NCBI RefSeq assembly: GCF_006345805.1
Contig: NC_042998.1
Location: 178,622,001-178,686,000 of the forward strand
Length of the DNA: 64,000 nt
Direction of reading: 5' to 3'
Source of the DNA: Octopus sinensis
Taxonomy: Eukaryota
The first letter of the stretch is position 1. Every line of letters starts with the position of its first letter. The position numbers were made by a program, and so were the translations under genes. Shown piece after piece: positions 1-13,119 of this stretch. The notes under the pieces are model-generated. The model had not been told where the DNA came from. It saw only the letters and a list, made by a program, of their open reading frames with translations, and searched no databases.

Positions 1-107
1 GTTCACCTGAAGCTATAATAGAAGACACTTGCCCAAAGTGCCACGTAGTGGAACTGAACCTGAAACCATGCAGCCAGGAAGCAAACTTCTTAACCACACA
101 GCCATGC
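1..107 (-). mobile_element. tRNA-derived SINE family B, 5' part (cut by window edge)
   Basis: Reverse complement matches the head of the full copy at 54087-54482 (gcatggctgtgtggttaagaag...ggcactttgggcaagtgtcttcta). Confidence 0.75.
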
Positions 108-1867
108 TTATACATAATAAAATGTTTATAAAGTGTACCTGTCCAATGGAGAGAACATAGAACTCAGTCACATTGAACTTGGAGAGATTTTAAAGAGAAC
201 TGAGACTGCAGTTGTTCAGTTAATGATCATATACCCTCATTAACTCTGTTTTTAAACTAGACAGTGTTCATTGCAACCTTATATATGTTACCGTACATGA
301 TATGTAATACTATGCAGATTTGATTATGTCATATGTTGTATAGTGTGTTAGTGATTTTTATTGTTTTGTAATTCTTTTATATGTGTTAGTCAGAGAAGGA
401 GTGGTTTCCATTACTTACACCTGCACGTGTCAGCGGAAATACATGTAGTCAATGTTCAGCATGAAAATCTATAGGTTGTTGTCTGTATGAAAGACTGATT
501 GAGAGGAGAGAATTACAGAAGCTCACTGTCCTGTGGAGCAAGAACTGGGAAATGTGAAGCGTTTATACTGTCATATTGAAGTTTTGGGATTTTCTTTATC
601 ACTTAGTAAGTGAATTTGGAATAGTTTGGCCTGTCTAAAACTGGTAAGATTGACAGAGTTGTTGCTTAACTTGAATATTTGCATTGTAGCTGATGTCAAA
701 AGATAATAAGCAAGTAAGGAGAGAATTATGGAGGGTTACAGTTCTGGGGAGGAATGACTGGGAGTGTGTTTGAATGTTTTAGGATTTTAATGACCTGGGA
801 GATATGTGAGAGGAGAGAGATATGTGGGCCCAAGGAATAAGGGTATGCAACTACCTAGTTCAAAGAACAGTGATAGAAGGACCTTCAAGATACTTCTAAA
901 ACATAGCAGATTATTTTTCAAAACCTGTTAGTAACCCTAAGGGTTACTGACAAGAAGGACATCCAGCAGAAAAACAATGCCTCAGTATTAATCTAAATTA
1001 TGATAACATTACATTTACAGGTTTATGTATTTGTAACTTATTAAAATCACTGTTTCCATCCTAAGGGAATTAAACTTCTTTTATACAGATATTCCTTGCT
1101 TCCTATCTCCTTTCTCTCATGCTTTTAATCCTTACTTACTCCTTATAATGTTGAATAGCTCTAGCCCTGGTGGTGGTGGTGGTGATGATGATGTTCTGAG
1201 ATGAAATTGATGATGATGATGATGATATGATGTTCAAAGACTTTGTCGATGGGTGGTTTTAAACATGAAGCTGTGCTAGAGAAGATCTGACCCCACTCCC
1301 CAACCTCCATGACTCCATGACATAGTCTCTCTCATTGGCTTGTTGGTTTGCAAAACCATCGCAACTTTCCATTTACCAATATCTTCTACAAATGTCATGA
1401 CATTTCCTTTTTGCAGGATACCAAGTATCAGGAATGGTTTAATTCTAGTACATTGCATACCAAAAAGCACTTGGTTGCATGCCAGTTACCTCTTTGGTAA
1501 TCCTAGACGTTGAGAACTTGCAGTTGTCAGTTCATTTCCGTATGTACTTGGCATAATTTGAAGCAGTACATTAGGTAATTAGTCACTAAAAAATATTAAT
1601 ATACATATTTTGATTATGACTAGCAGATTTTACTTCTCAGCATTTACCTGTGTGTATGAACATTTTTTATGGCCATATGTGAAAACATACATGTGAGAAC
1701 ATAGTCACACTTAGATGTAAGCACACACACACGCACACACATTGAGTGTGTCTGTGTGTGTCTATGTGTACCTATATATATGTGTGTGTGCATGTGTATA
1801 CTATATACATACTTAGATGTTTATATACAATAAACCCCATCTTCTTCATGTGGCCACAACCAAGATA

Positions 1868-2040
1868 TCTATTATAAAAAATCTGTTCTGTCTGTCTGTG
1901 TATGTGTCTTCTAGGATCTCGGGCATCCTCCATCTGATTGTGCTCAAATTTGAAATGTAGATACTGACGGTATCAGGGCGTGTATAAGTCTTGAAAAAAA
2001 TTACCAAAATCGATTCCAGGTGAGAATGTGATCGATAGCC
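1868..2040 (+). mobile_element. Possible Helitron-like 5' fragment
   Basis: Starts A|TCTATTATAAAAA followed by (tctg)n, like the 5' end of the Helitron at 3071; no 3' CTAG end found. Confidence 0.35.
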
Positions 2041-2049
2041 TTACTCAAT

Positions 2050-3005
2050 CTTTAGAAAAGGTGTGGGGGTAGGAACTTCAAAAGATGTACCCATTGTAAA
2101 CTATGGACACATAAGAGGTGCAGCAATATCAGAGGAAGGTTAACAGGGAAAATAGTTTTTGTGTGTGGAAGGTGCACAGGTACAATTAACACTTAAAATG
2201 TACAGAAAATTGACTCTACCAAATGCCAGGTGAGAAAAATAAAAGTAATTGATAGCTTCCGTTACCTAGGTGACCAAGTCAGTAGCAGAGGTAGATGCTC
2301 CACAGCGTAACTGCTAGAATAAGAATAGGCTAGTTAAAGTTCAGAGACCTCCTACCTCTCCCTCAGAGTGACAGGCAGATAGTATGATGCCTGTGTGTGA
2401 ACAGCCATGCTACATGGCAGTGAAACATGAGCTGTGATCGCTGAGTAAATGCTTGAAGGAACTGAAGCCAGTATGCTTCACTGGATGTGCAATATCAGTG
2501 TGCATGTACAGCAGAGTGTAAGCATCTTGAGAGAAAAGGTTGGCATAAGAGACATCAGACGTGGTGTGCAAGAGAGATGACTGCACGTGTATGGTCATGT
2601 AATGCCTATGGTCACCTGCATGAAGAAGTGCTGATCTCTAACTGTGGAGGGAACCTGTGAATGGAACCTGTGGAAGAGGGAGACCCAGGGAGACATGGGA
2701 TGAAGTGATGAAGCATGATCTTCAAATGTGGGGCCTCATGGAGGTAATGACAAGTGACCAAGACCTTTGGCAATATACCATGCTTGAGAAGATCTATCAA
2801 GCCAAGTGAGGTCATAGTTGTGGCTGATGCCAGTGTTTCGTAACTTGCACCCATGCCAGTGGCATGTAAAAAACACCCACTACACACTTGGAGTAGTTGG
2901 CATTAGGAAGGGCATCCAGGTATAGAAACCATGCCAAATCAGACTGAAACCTGGTGCAGCTCCCCAGCTTACCAGTTTTCAATCAAGCCATCCAACCCAT
3001 GCTAA
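2050..3005 (+). mobile_element. 5'-truncated, decayed RTE-clade LINE (RT C-terminus plus 3' UTR)
   Basis: Broken frames give DSFRYLGDQVS, AMLHGSET, WMCNISVHVQQSVSILREKVGIRDIR, TWDEVMKHDL; the shared 3' UTR (ggcattaggaagggcatccag) follows. Confidence 0.85.
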
Positions 3006-3070
3006 CAGTCAAACTGTCCAACACAGCCCAGTGGTCACAGCCCATGCACACAGACATGATTATATATATA

Positions 3071-4724
3071 TCTCTTATTATAAAAGGCAGATTTTATCTG
3101 CCTCCCTTTGTCACTTATAGAAATCTACAATATTGGATTTCTTCAATTACAATTTACCTAGCATTTTTAAGAGTAGAATGCATCGGGTCATGCCAGGTCC
3201 AGTTTTTAAAATTTAAACTCCAATTAAGCAAAATTTACAGAAAACTCACATTCTGGTGTGTATGTCAAATGCTTTTCTTAATGTGGTTTACACCACACGC
3301 ACACGCACACACACAGTGTGCAACGAATAAAATGAAAGTAAATAGCGACAGAGTGATTTGAGGAAGACTAAACTGAAAGTATTTAAACCACTACTCAAAA
3401 AATAAAAAAACACAGCAAACAGAAACAAATAGATACATAACGATTTACTCCTCACACAATTTCTTCAATTAGAGTTTACCTAAGATTTTTCAAAGTACTC
3501 CATTCGGTCATGCCATAATATATTTCTTTCAATTTCACCCCCAATTAAGACAAAATTCGAGAAAACTCAATATTTTAACATTTCACTCCGAAAGCATTGA
3601 TGTACATGTGTGCGTGCGTGAGTGTGTGTGTGTGTTTGATGGGTTGTGCGACACAGAAAGTGTGGTGTGTAAGTGAAGTGCTTTTGTTAGTGTGTGTAAA
3701 GAGACAGACTGAGTGAAAGACAGAAATAACTGAACTTTTTTTATTCACTTTTTGTAGTGAGTGACTGAGAGAGAAAAGAGAGAGAGAGGTTATGTATGTA
3801 TATATGTATGTATGGCTTCAGTGACACACACACACAAAAACACATACCTACGTACACCTAAAGCACACACACACACACACACAAGCAGAGCGCGAACTTC
3901 AAAATTTTGGTAGTATTAATTTGCGAGCGTACTTCTAAGCACGCGTAATTGAAAGTTTTCACTATGATATCATCACGTGCGAAAAAATTCGAAGGGTTTT
4001 GAACAATTGAGATACACATGTCACGCGAGTATTGAAACCATTGCTAAGCTGCCATAATTGCTTAATTAAGACTTTGTTTAAATTGAAAGGGGCAAATATG
4101 TGACGAGGTTGAAAAAAAATACCCCAGAAAAAAAAATGTACTGCTGGTATTTATATAATTCACTACTATTTTGCTACAATGTCATGAAAAAGAAAAAATT
4201 TAGGTATGTAAATCGAATTCGCCACCCCCTTTTCCCCGTTCTCGTTTGTGTAAAAAAAATTATTATTTAAGTTTTAAAAATTATTTACTTTGTTCAAAAA
4301 ATATTAATATTAATTAATTTTCAAGAATTATTTAATTTTATTCTGTAAAATAGTAATTAATTCATTTATCTGTAAATCCGCGAGGTTGTTACTCAGGCAC
4401 CTAGAATGGTAACCTTCAACTAACACTATCTCCTCCGAGACCCTGCGGCGCAAGTTGACCAAAATTGAGAGTATGATAGAAGAAGGGTTGCTCTTCCTTC
4501 CGTAGAACATAAAATTCAAATCGGACCATGTTAACACCAAAAATTATTTACATCAAAAAGATGCTTTTTTCTATGAAAATCCCTATTTTTTACGATTTTT
4601 TCACTGCTGTGTCGCCACTTTTCGGTGTATTTCGACCAGAAAAATGTTCACAAAATTTTTACTTTTCAAAATTACAATTCCAGCGGGTCGAAACAAACCC
4701 GAGCAACGCCGGGCGATACTGCTA

Positions 4725-4725
<1 letters not shown>
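3071..4725 (+). mobile_element. Non-autonomous Helitron
   Basis: 5' A|TC (3070/3071); 3' CTAG|T (4722-4726); subterminal hairpin CCCGAGCAACGCCGGG (4698-4713); sits between A and T inside (TA)n, no TSD. Confidence 0.8.
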
Positions 4726-4762
<37 letters not shown>

Positions 4763-4777
4763 TGGATTTAAATTTTT

Positions 4778-4969
4778 GCACAAGGCCAACAATTTTGGGG
4801 GAGGGGTTAAGTTGACTGCATCAACCCCAGTACTCAGCTGGTACTTATTTTACTGACTCTGAAAGCATGAAGAGAAAACTAGACTTTGGTAGAATTTGAG
4901 CTCAGAATGTAAAAACGGATGAAATACAGCTTAGCATTTTGCTCAATGTGTTAATGATTCTGGCAGCTC
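4778..4969 (-). mobile_element. tRNA-derived SINE family A (OK-like)
   Basis: Homologous to more than 15 other copies in the window; B-box-like GAGTTCAAATTC motif on the minus strand (one mismatch). Confidence 0.8.
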
Positions 4970-5029
4970 TAAATGGATGTTGGTATGTAACTGTCACTGT
5001 TACTACACTCTTGTATATGGAGCAACCAG

Positions 5030-6520
5030 GTCTAAGGTGGTATATCTGAATTGTCAGTTGCCAGTGGCATGAATTTCATAAACTGAGTATGGAGTTTCCA
5101 GAAAAAATGGCATAGGGAGGTGGAGTTTTCTCTATCCTTGCATTTGAAGGATTGGATATGCTGTGTACACCATCCCCTTGAAGTCATTGGTTGTCACACT
5201 TGTATACTGTCTTGTAATGTCATCAGATGGTGTATGGATGGTGCTATAGAACATAGCCCTTGAGAGGTGGGATCCTCCTGGTGGGTAGTTGATAGGATTT
5301 GGGAATTATAGATTAGGGCGTGTATTAGGGGCTGTGTAGGTGAGTGTTTGCATCAGTTGCAGAATACAACGTTAGAAGTGAAGTTGTCTAAGTTGGAATA
5401 ACTGACCTTGACATTGTTGGGGTTGAAAAGTTTATAACACTAAAGGTTTCTATGGAAATATTTTTTGATTAGTGTTTGGAAGCTCCTAACTATGCTGGAT
5501 GAAGCTTCTAAGTTAAATTGAGGATTGAACTATACTATCTTTCTCTTTCTGACTCTTTGTGGTTTTGGGGGTAAGATATATACTCACTTCTCAATGAGTC
5601 TACTTGTTAATGCCTTGCTATAACAAATTAGGGCAATCCTGTTAAAGATCTCTTTATCTGTTGATAGTTTAACCCTTTAGTGTTCAGATTACTCTGTTAA
5701 ATGTAAGACTTTTTTCACTCAAATCGTTTTGAATTAATCATACATTATCTTATAGTTTTGAAGTTTCAATGGTATGATTATTCTTAGAATGTCAATGTAG
5801 GTTAGGTGTAAGAGGCTAGATATAGCCAGTTTGAATGTAAAAACATGTAGGATATTTGGGCCGGATATGGCCGGCTTAAACACCAAAGGGTTAAAAAGTA
5901 CTTCACTTATGTCTGTGGCTGATTATAGCTGGGGGTGGTTGGAGCTTCTGTGGATATACACAGGGTAGTACTTGCTCATCTTCAAGTCTAAGTTTATGTC
6001 TGGGGAGTTGACATTTATTGAATTGGTGATGACTGTTATTGATTGGCTGAATTTTTTGAACATCTTTATCAGATCCTTCTTGAATTTCTCCATGGAATGG
6101 CCATTCATATGGCTTGAGATTACCTGGCTGTCATCCCTAAACTATGGTGCATGTGTGTGTGTGTATGTGTGCAATAAATAACCTGATGGGGTTAGTATTC
6201 TCAGACCTGTCATAGCTCCCCATAGATACATTGACCACTGATTTGTCTTCCTTTTCAACCAGTAGGAAACACTGTGAACCAAGATTGACTTTCTAGTGTT
6301 CATGATTATTCTGGTACTGAGGTGAATTGGTGAATTGCCTACCAAAATCTGAAACCTTCAAGAGGAAAAATTTTGATATTGAAGGGTAGAAATCCATGCT
6401 ATTGAACTGGGTAAGCCTACAGAATGCTTTATTCTTGATGCTGCAGAACTAGTTGACTAATGTAGTGCTGCAATCCCATTGGATCAACCATATAAAATTA
6501 ACTAATTCATATACTCTGTA
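5030..6520 (-). mobile_element. Decayed Penelope-like element (RT plus linker/endonuclease region)
   Basis: Minus frames give MDFYPSIS, FRDDSQVI (YRDD motif), KFKKDLIKMFK, YIHRSSNHP, FNPNNVKVSYSN; split by a TTAA MITE. Confidence 0.75.
5673..5890. mobile_element. piggyBac-type MITE with TTAA target duplication
   Basis: TTAA at 5669-5672 and 5891-5894; TIRs CCCTTTAGTGTT / AACACCAAAGGG; homologous to 49185-49387 and 56550-56768. Confidence 0.8.
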
Positions 6521-6624
6521 ATGAAACACTTACAGTACATAATCACAGTTCTATGATTCAATCTAAGAGTGGTGTCATAACACTGGTCTTTCCATAATAT
6601 TAGTTATTCAAATGATATTGTGTC

Positions 6625-6818
6625 AAATTTTGGCACAAAGCAAGTAAATTTAGGAGAGTAGTTAGTCGATTACATCAACCCCAGTATTTGACTGGTACTT
6701 ATTTTATTGACCCCAGGCAGGGACTTTCAACTCAGAACATAAAGCTGAAATGCATAACATAAAGAAATGCCCCTAAGCATGTTGTCTGGTGTGCTAATGC
6801 TTTTGCCAGCTCACTGTC
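6625..6818 (-). mobile_element. SINE family A copy
   Basis: Homology to other family A copies. Confidence 0.75.
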
Positions 6819-7333
6819 TTTATTTAAGTATTAGACATTATAAACATCAAAAGCATGTATTTATTGCCTTGTGGAGAGACCACACTTCCAGATTACACAG
6901 CACAGTACCAGTCATACGCTTTTTTACAGAATAGTTCGTATAAGCATTTCTACTTCTTTTTCTGATATTTTTACAGTAGTGTTTTATTCCCTCATTTGTA
7001 CCACAGAAAATTGTTTCCTTTATTTCTTTATTTTAACTACAAGCAATCCCTGATCCATATATATATATATATATATTAGGATGCAATAGTATGATTTGAG
7101 GGTGATTCCATTGCAGATTCAATTGCTTTTTTTAGCTGGTAATTGACTGAAGAAAGCAATGTATCCCAAATATTTTCAGATTGCTGCCTCCTATTGAGAA
7201 TACATTTCATGGGCTTCCCATCCTCTTGAAGTTGATCAAAAATGATACTTTGAAATTAGATCAATTTTTAAAATTATTTAAACATTATCATAAAAACCAA
7301 AACTTTCAAAAATATCTAAAATTCTTTGATTTA

Positions 7334-10300
7334 TTAATGTAAAGGCTATGCCCGATAGCATAAGTCCAACTTTTTCACATTTTAGCTCAATTGTAGTAAA
7401 CAACATCCTTAAATTTCTCCATTTGGCTATTTGTAATTGGCATCAGCTTTCCGTTAAAAGATCTGGAGTGACACTGCAATGACACAGTCAACTAAATATG
7501 ACAATGGAAACAAGGACTTTTTCACAATCGCTCATATCCAACTATGATCTAATATAAAGATTTGTAATTTCATGCTGCATCAAGAAATGACGATAGCCAT
7601 TCTTAAATTTGAGGTTGTTTGTTGCTTTATAATTTAATCAATTCTTCTTGAAATTGCATTTCTATTACTTTAATTCTTAAAACGGGTCTCAAACTCAACA
7701 TGAAATTTTTGAAGTAAGAATACCTTCAAATCATTCAGAGAAGTTGTTATGCAATGATTCCAAATAATTACAACAAATCTGAACACTATTATCATGTATT
7801 TCTGTCTTTTTCTTGGGTGCAGAAAGACCTAGAAACTAGTAAAATTCTCTACATCCAAAGATGCATTTGAATAAAATAAACTTTGTTTTAATCAAATTCA
7901 ATTAATCTTCATTCATGTATGAGTAATTTCTGTAAATTTTTACTGTAAATTCATTTCATTAAACTTTAACTATAAATCTGATATAGAAGTTATGCCACTT
8001 TTAAACTTCAATTTGTTTCACATGAAAGGATCTTTGTTTTCAGAGAATTGCAAAAACTATCTCAAAAAGACTAAGAAAAAAACAAAATGAAAAATTCCAA
8101 CTCAGACAGGCACTGTTCAAGAACCAACGAACATTTGAGTAGAGTAGCATGCTATTAAGTTCTCTTTTGTTTGTCTTCACTAATGTCTAAATAATCTGTC
8201 ACCGAGAGAATTGCTTCTGATTGTATTAATTGTTGTAAATTCATACTGCAATAAGTTATATAAGCAATCACTAAAGTTTTTTTGTTTTCTCTTTTGGCAG
8301 TTAAATGTTCTCATTATATGTGTAAGAAGAATCTAAATTCCTTTTTAAAAAAAACCTGTTCTGTAACGAAAATGTTGACTCTCCTTCATTATTTTTTACT
8401 AAATTTCTGGAAAATAATAACTCTTAAAGTATCTTCTCGTCTTTTGTAAGTGAATACATGCTAACAATAAAGCTTCATACCCTGCCAAGGCCAATTCATC
8501 CAGTTCTAATGAAAATTGAGCAGTCCTCAAAAAAATTGAGTAATGTACCTTCTACACCTTTGTCCATTGCCTTAATTTGTTGCATAGGTTATGTAAGCCA
8601 CTTGTTTATATCATGGTGCATAGAACCTATCACTGGTAACAGAATGTAACTTTCTAGATTTGGTAACCGGTAATGTAATTTTGAAAGTGATATAACTCAT
8701 CATTTTCTTGGATTGATGTTGACAAAAACATACTTGACAACATCAACTGCTTCCAAAATTACTTTCAAAGTGCATTTAAAATAAGATAAACCTTTGTTTT
8801 GTCAGCAGAGATCTTTTCACATCCTCTTCTAATCTTATAGATATGTTGAAAAATACTTTTTGGTATGTCAGATACATTGGTATTTTATTTATCATATCCA
8901 ATTGTGATCTAATATAAAAATCCGTAATTTCATGCTGCATCAAGAAATGATGATAGCCATTCTTAAATTTGAGGTTGTTTGTTGCTTTATAATTTAATCA
9001 ATTCTTCTTGAAATTGCATTTCTCTTACTTTAACTCTTAAAATGGGTCTCAAACTCAACATGAAATTTTTGAAGTAAGAATACCTTCAAATCATTCAGAG
9101 AAGTTGTTATGTAATGATTCCAAATAATTACAACAGATCTGAATATTATCAACATGTATTTCTGTCTTTTTCTTGGGTGTAGAAAGACCTAGAAACTAGA
9201 AAAATTCTCTACATCCAAAGATGCATTTGAATAAAATAAACTTTGTTTTAATCAAATTCAATTAATCTTCATTCATGTATGAGTAATTTCTGTAAATTTT
9301 TACTGTAAATTCATTTCATTAAACTTGAATTATAAATCTGATATTGAAGCTGTGCCACTTTTAAACTTCAATTTATTTCACATGAAAGGATCTTTGTTTT
9401 CAGAGAATTCCAAAAACTATCTCAAAAAGACTAAGAAAAAACAAAATGAAAAATTCCAACTCAGACAGGCACTCTTCAAGAACCAACGAACATTTGAGTA
9501 GAATAGCATGCTATTAAGTTCTCTTTTGTTTGTCTTCACTAATGTCTAAATAATCTGTCACCGAGAGAATTGCTTCTGATTGTATTAATTGTTGTAAATT
9601 CATGCTGCAATAAGTTATATAAGCAATCACTAAAGTTTTTTTGTTTTCTCTTTTGGCAGCTAAATGTTCTCATTATATGTGTAAGAAGAATCTAAATTCC
9701 TTTTTAAAAAAAACCTGTTCTGTAACGAAAATGTTGACTCTCCTTCATTATCTTTTACTAAATTTCTGGAAAATAATAACTCAAGTATCTTCTTGTCTTT
9801 TGTAAGTGAATATATGCCAACTATAAGGCTTCATACCCTGCCAAGTTCAATTCATCCAGTTGTAATGAAAATTGAGCAGTCCTCAAAAAATTGAGTAATG
9901 TACCTTCTACACCCTTGTCCATTGCCTTAATTTGTTGCATAGGTTATGTAAGCCACTTGTTTATATCATGGTGCATAGAACCTATCACTGGTAACAGAAT
10001 GTAACTTTCTAGATTTGGTAACCGGTAATGTAATTTTGTAAGAGATATAACTCATCATTTTCTTGGACTGATGTTGACAAAAACATACTTGACAACATCA
10101 ACTGCTTCCAAAATTACTTTCAAAGTGCATTTAAAATAAGATAAACCTTTATTTGTTTTGTCAGCAACGATCTTTTCACATCCTCTTCTAATCTTATAGA
10201 ATCGTTGAAAAATACTTTTTGGTAAATCAGATACATTGGTATTTTATTTATCATATCCAATTGTAATCCAATATAAAGATCTGTAATTTCATGCTACATC

Positions 10301-10411
10301 AAGAAATGATGGTAACCATTCTTGAATTTGAGCATATTTGCTGATGAAGGAACCAAACTCTGTTAAATGCTCAACACTATATTGCTGAAATTTCCTTTTT
10401 GGTTCTCCCAT
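7334..10411 (-). pseudogene. hAT (Buster/Charlie, SCAND3/ZBED5-like) transposase pseudogene with internal concatemer
   Basis: ATG at 10411 gives MGEPKRKFQQYSVEHL; then NKIPMYLIYQKVF, LLNFLRTAQFSLQLDE (first catalytic D), KFKNGYHHF, FPLSYLV and a terminal A*PLH-TAA (7334-7336) resembling AHPSH*. Many stops and frameshifts. Confidence 0.8.
7532..10332. repeat. Tandem duplication, period about 1360 bp (two full units plus 82 bp)
   Basis: Unit starts (tcatatccaa) at 7532, 8892 and 10251; the two full units align along their length with scattered substitutions. Confidence 0.95.
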
Positions 10412-10630
10412 GAAAAAATATAAAAACTATAAAAAATATATTATTATAAATATATGCATTATAAAAACTATAAAAAAATATATTATTATAAATACATGCA
10501 TTATAAAAACTATAAAAAAAATATACTATTATAAATATATGCATTATAAAAACTATAAAAAAATATATTATTATAAATATATGCATCATAAAAACTAAAA
10601 AAAAATATATTATCATAAATATATGCATTA
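10412..10630. repeat. AT-rich minisatellite, about 42-43 bp x5
   Basis: Unit taaaaactataaaaaaatatattattataaatatatgcatta, directly upstream of the hAT ATG. Confidence 0.9.
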
Positions 10631-11339
10631 TTTATTTTTATATATTATTCTTAAATGAGATCATGATGACACAGTGTTTAATGCAGCAGACAGTTTTGCA
10701 TGCATCTCCTAATTTGTAATCTTTGCCTCTGCATCCCTCTCCACTCTTTACCTTCCAATGCCTTTTACAGCTTCTTGCCTTTCAGTGTCTCTTTAAATTT
10801 TTTAGCAAACCCATATGAATGGCCATGCTACTTTGGAAATCATCAATATACAGACTCATCCATTGACTCACATGAGACTTTCTAAATAACTACTGGCAGG
10901 TTTCATATTTTGGGATCATAATCTGCTATAAGTTTGAGCCTTATATAACTGTTATATATCATTGGTGCTGAGTAAACCCACTTGTTGCATGTACTTTTTA
11001 TCCTACTGCCATTCTACTGTACCTCTGTGCTAAATACTGAAATAAATTCCTCCCCACCACTGTATTGTTCTGAAACTCAATCTTTACCTCAGTTTTCTCA
11101 AAAGTTCAAACTGAATTTAACCAGCTCTACCTATCTCAAAGTCTAAAAGAGCTTCCATCTAACTCCTTAGGTTGATTTATGAAAATAAAATATGAAGTTA
11201 TATACACAAAATAAGATGAAAAAAATCCTCTAGTTGCTTTTGTCTAAACCCCTGTCAACTTATTGATAAAAAAATCCATGACCAAAAAAGCACTCCAGCC
11301 ATGACTTTCATAAAAAAAGAAAATCACGAGTTTTTCGTG

Positions 11340-11555
11340 GCAGTTGCCAATACCACCTGACTGGCCCTCATGCCAGTGGCACGAAAAAGCACCCACTACA
11401 CCCTTGGAGTGGTTGGCATTAGGAAGGGCATCCAGCTGTAGAAACTCTGCCAGATCAAGATTGGAGCCTGGTGCAGCCATCTGGTTCACCAGTCCTCAGT
11501 CAAATCGTCCAACCCATGTTAACATGGAAAGCAGATGTTAAACGATGATGATGAT
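11340..11555 (+). mobile_element. RTE 3' UTR fragment with (GAT)n tail
   Basis: Matches the 3' UTR attached to RT coding sequence at 55499-56208. Confidence 0.85.
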
Positions 11556-12429
11556 CACATTATCCAATGTATCTTTTTCCTTTTAAGATGGTAGAGTGTG
11601 ACTTGAGGTAGATTCGGTTATAATTTTTAGCAACATGCATAATTATGTAGGGGTCTCCTCAACAGTTGCCTTGTTGGCCGTAGAGATTTTATTGAATAAA
11701 AAAGTTACCAAGTTGTTGATGTTATTGTAGATTAAGAGCTGGGTGTTGAAGTATATACACTCTTTTATTTGTAATTAAAGTAATCTAATTGAAGCAGAAA
11801 ACATATTTTATCTAAACACAATCCTGACAACACCCACAAACAATGGTTATTGAAGTTGTATGAAAAAACAAACTATCATTCTTCTTTGATATATGATATT
11901 AACTTGAGCAGTATATCTTTTTCATTAACAATCTACTAACAAAGAAGTTGTTAGTATATTAGTAACTCTATTAATACATTTTGTATAAGTAACACAAATT
12001 TGGTTTCTTTTCATCTTATTGCTATTTTCAACATGGTTTTGCTTCAAAAAATGTATGAACATCACTTGATCACATTTCTTTTTTCCCTCTAAATCTAAGG
12101 TTTCATGTCCGTGTCAGAAATTATTGATGTTAAAACAGAGCACAGCTGTTGGCCCAGAAACGGCATGGGAAGACCACATGCACTAATTCACTTCTTTGAA
12201 ATACACATGCACGCATACATGCACACACATGCACACATGCACACTGCAATATTTATGTCTCTTTATAACTGATCTTTAATTATCCCATTGTTGACTTTTG
12301 TCTTTCATCTCTTAAGGGTTGATAAAATAAGTACAAACCATGTAAGAAAGTCAGTTCAGTTGATTATAACTATTCTTTCAAATCTGTGTCCTTAAGCTAA
12401 AATTAGGTATCAACATATTGGGTTGATTT

Positions 12430-12830
12430 AATTGGCATTGCCTGTTACATTATCAAAATTAACTGTTGCATGTGAAAAGAAATCTAATACTACAGATCTG
12501 GAGGTGGGGTTTAATATAAAAATCTGAAGGACTGTTGGAAAGGCCTGTAGATCAACATCTACAGGAAAAACCTGTCTGAAAAGAGAATTACAGAGACTTA
12601 ATGCACTATGAAAGAAAAATTGAGCAAAATGGTTAGTATAGTGCCTGGAGTGGGAAGTAGAAGTGAAATGGACTGGAATGACACATAAGATTTGTGTAAA
12701 GGGGAGTAATAGGTGTTCAGTGATATGGAAGTAGCTAGTTTTGAGGTCTTGTAGAAGTAACACAACAGGCACAGAGAGAAACAGCACGTCTGTGGTGGGT
12801 TGAAGGTTGTAGTATGCTGGGAAGTGAGGT
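12430..12830 (-). mobile_element. CR1/L2/Jockey-group LINE 3' coding remnant
   Basis: TNHFAQFFFHSALSLCNSLFRQVFPVDVDLQAF resembles the C-terminal FFxRTxxLWNSLPxxVFP..DLQAFK motif of these LINEs. Confidence 0.55.
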
Positions 12831-12840
12831 TTTTTTTTAT

Positions 12841-12843
<3 letters not shown>

Positions 12844-12879
<36 letters not shown>

Positions 12880-13055
12880 GTTTAACGTCCGTTTTCCATG
12901 CTAGCATGGGTTGGATGGTTCAACTGGGGTCTGGGAAGCCAGAAGGCTGCACCAGGCCCAGTCTGATCTGGCAGTGTTTCTACAGCTGGATGCCCTTCCT
13001 AATGCCAACCACTCAGTGAGTGTAGTGGGTGCTTTTTACGTGCCACCAGCACAGG
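12844..13055 (-). mobile_element. RTE 3' UTR fragment with (GAT)n tail
   Basis: Reverse complement of the shared RTE tail; (cat)n at 12844-12878. Confidence 0.85.
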
Positions 13056-13119
13056 CTGTGGTACAAAAATACAAGAATGCAGAACCAAATAACTTGTAAT
13101 ATTAATATTTTCCTCATTT

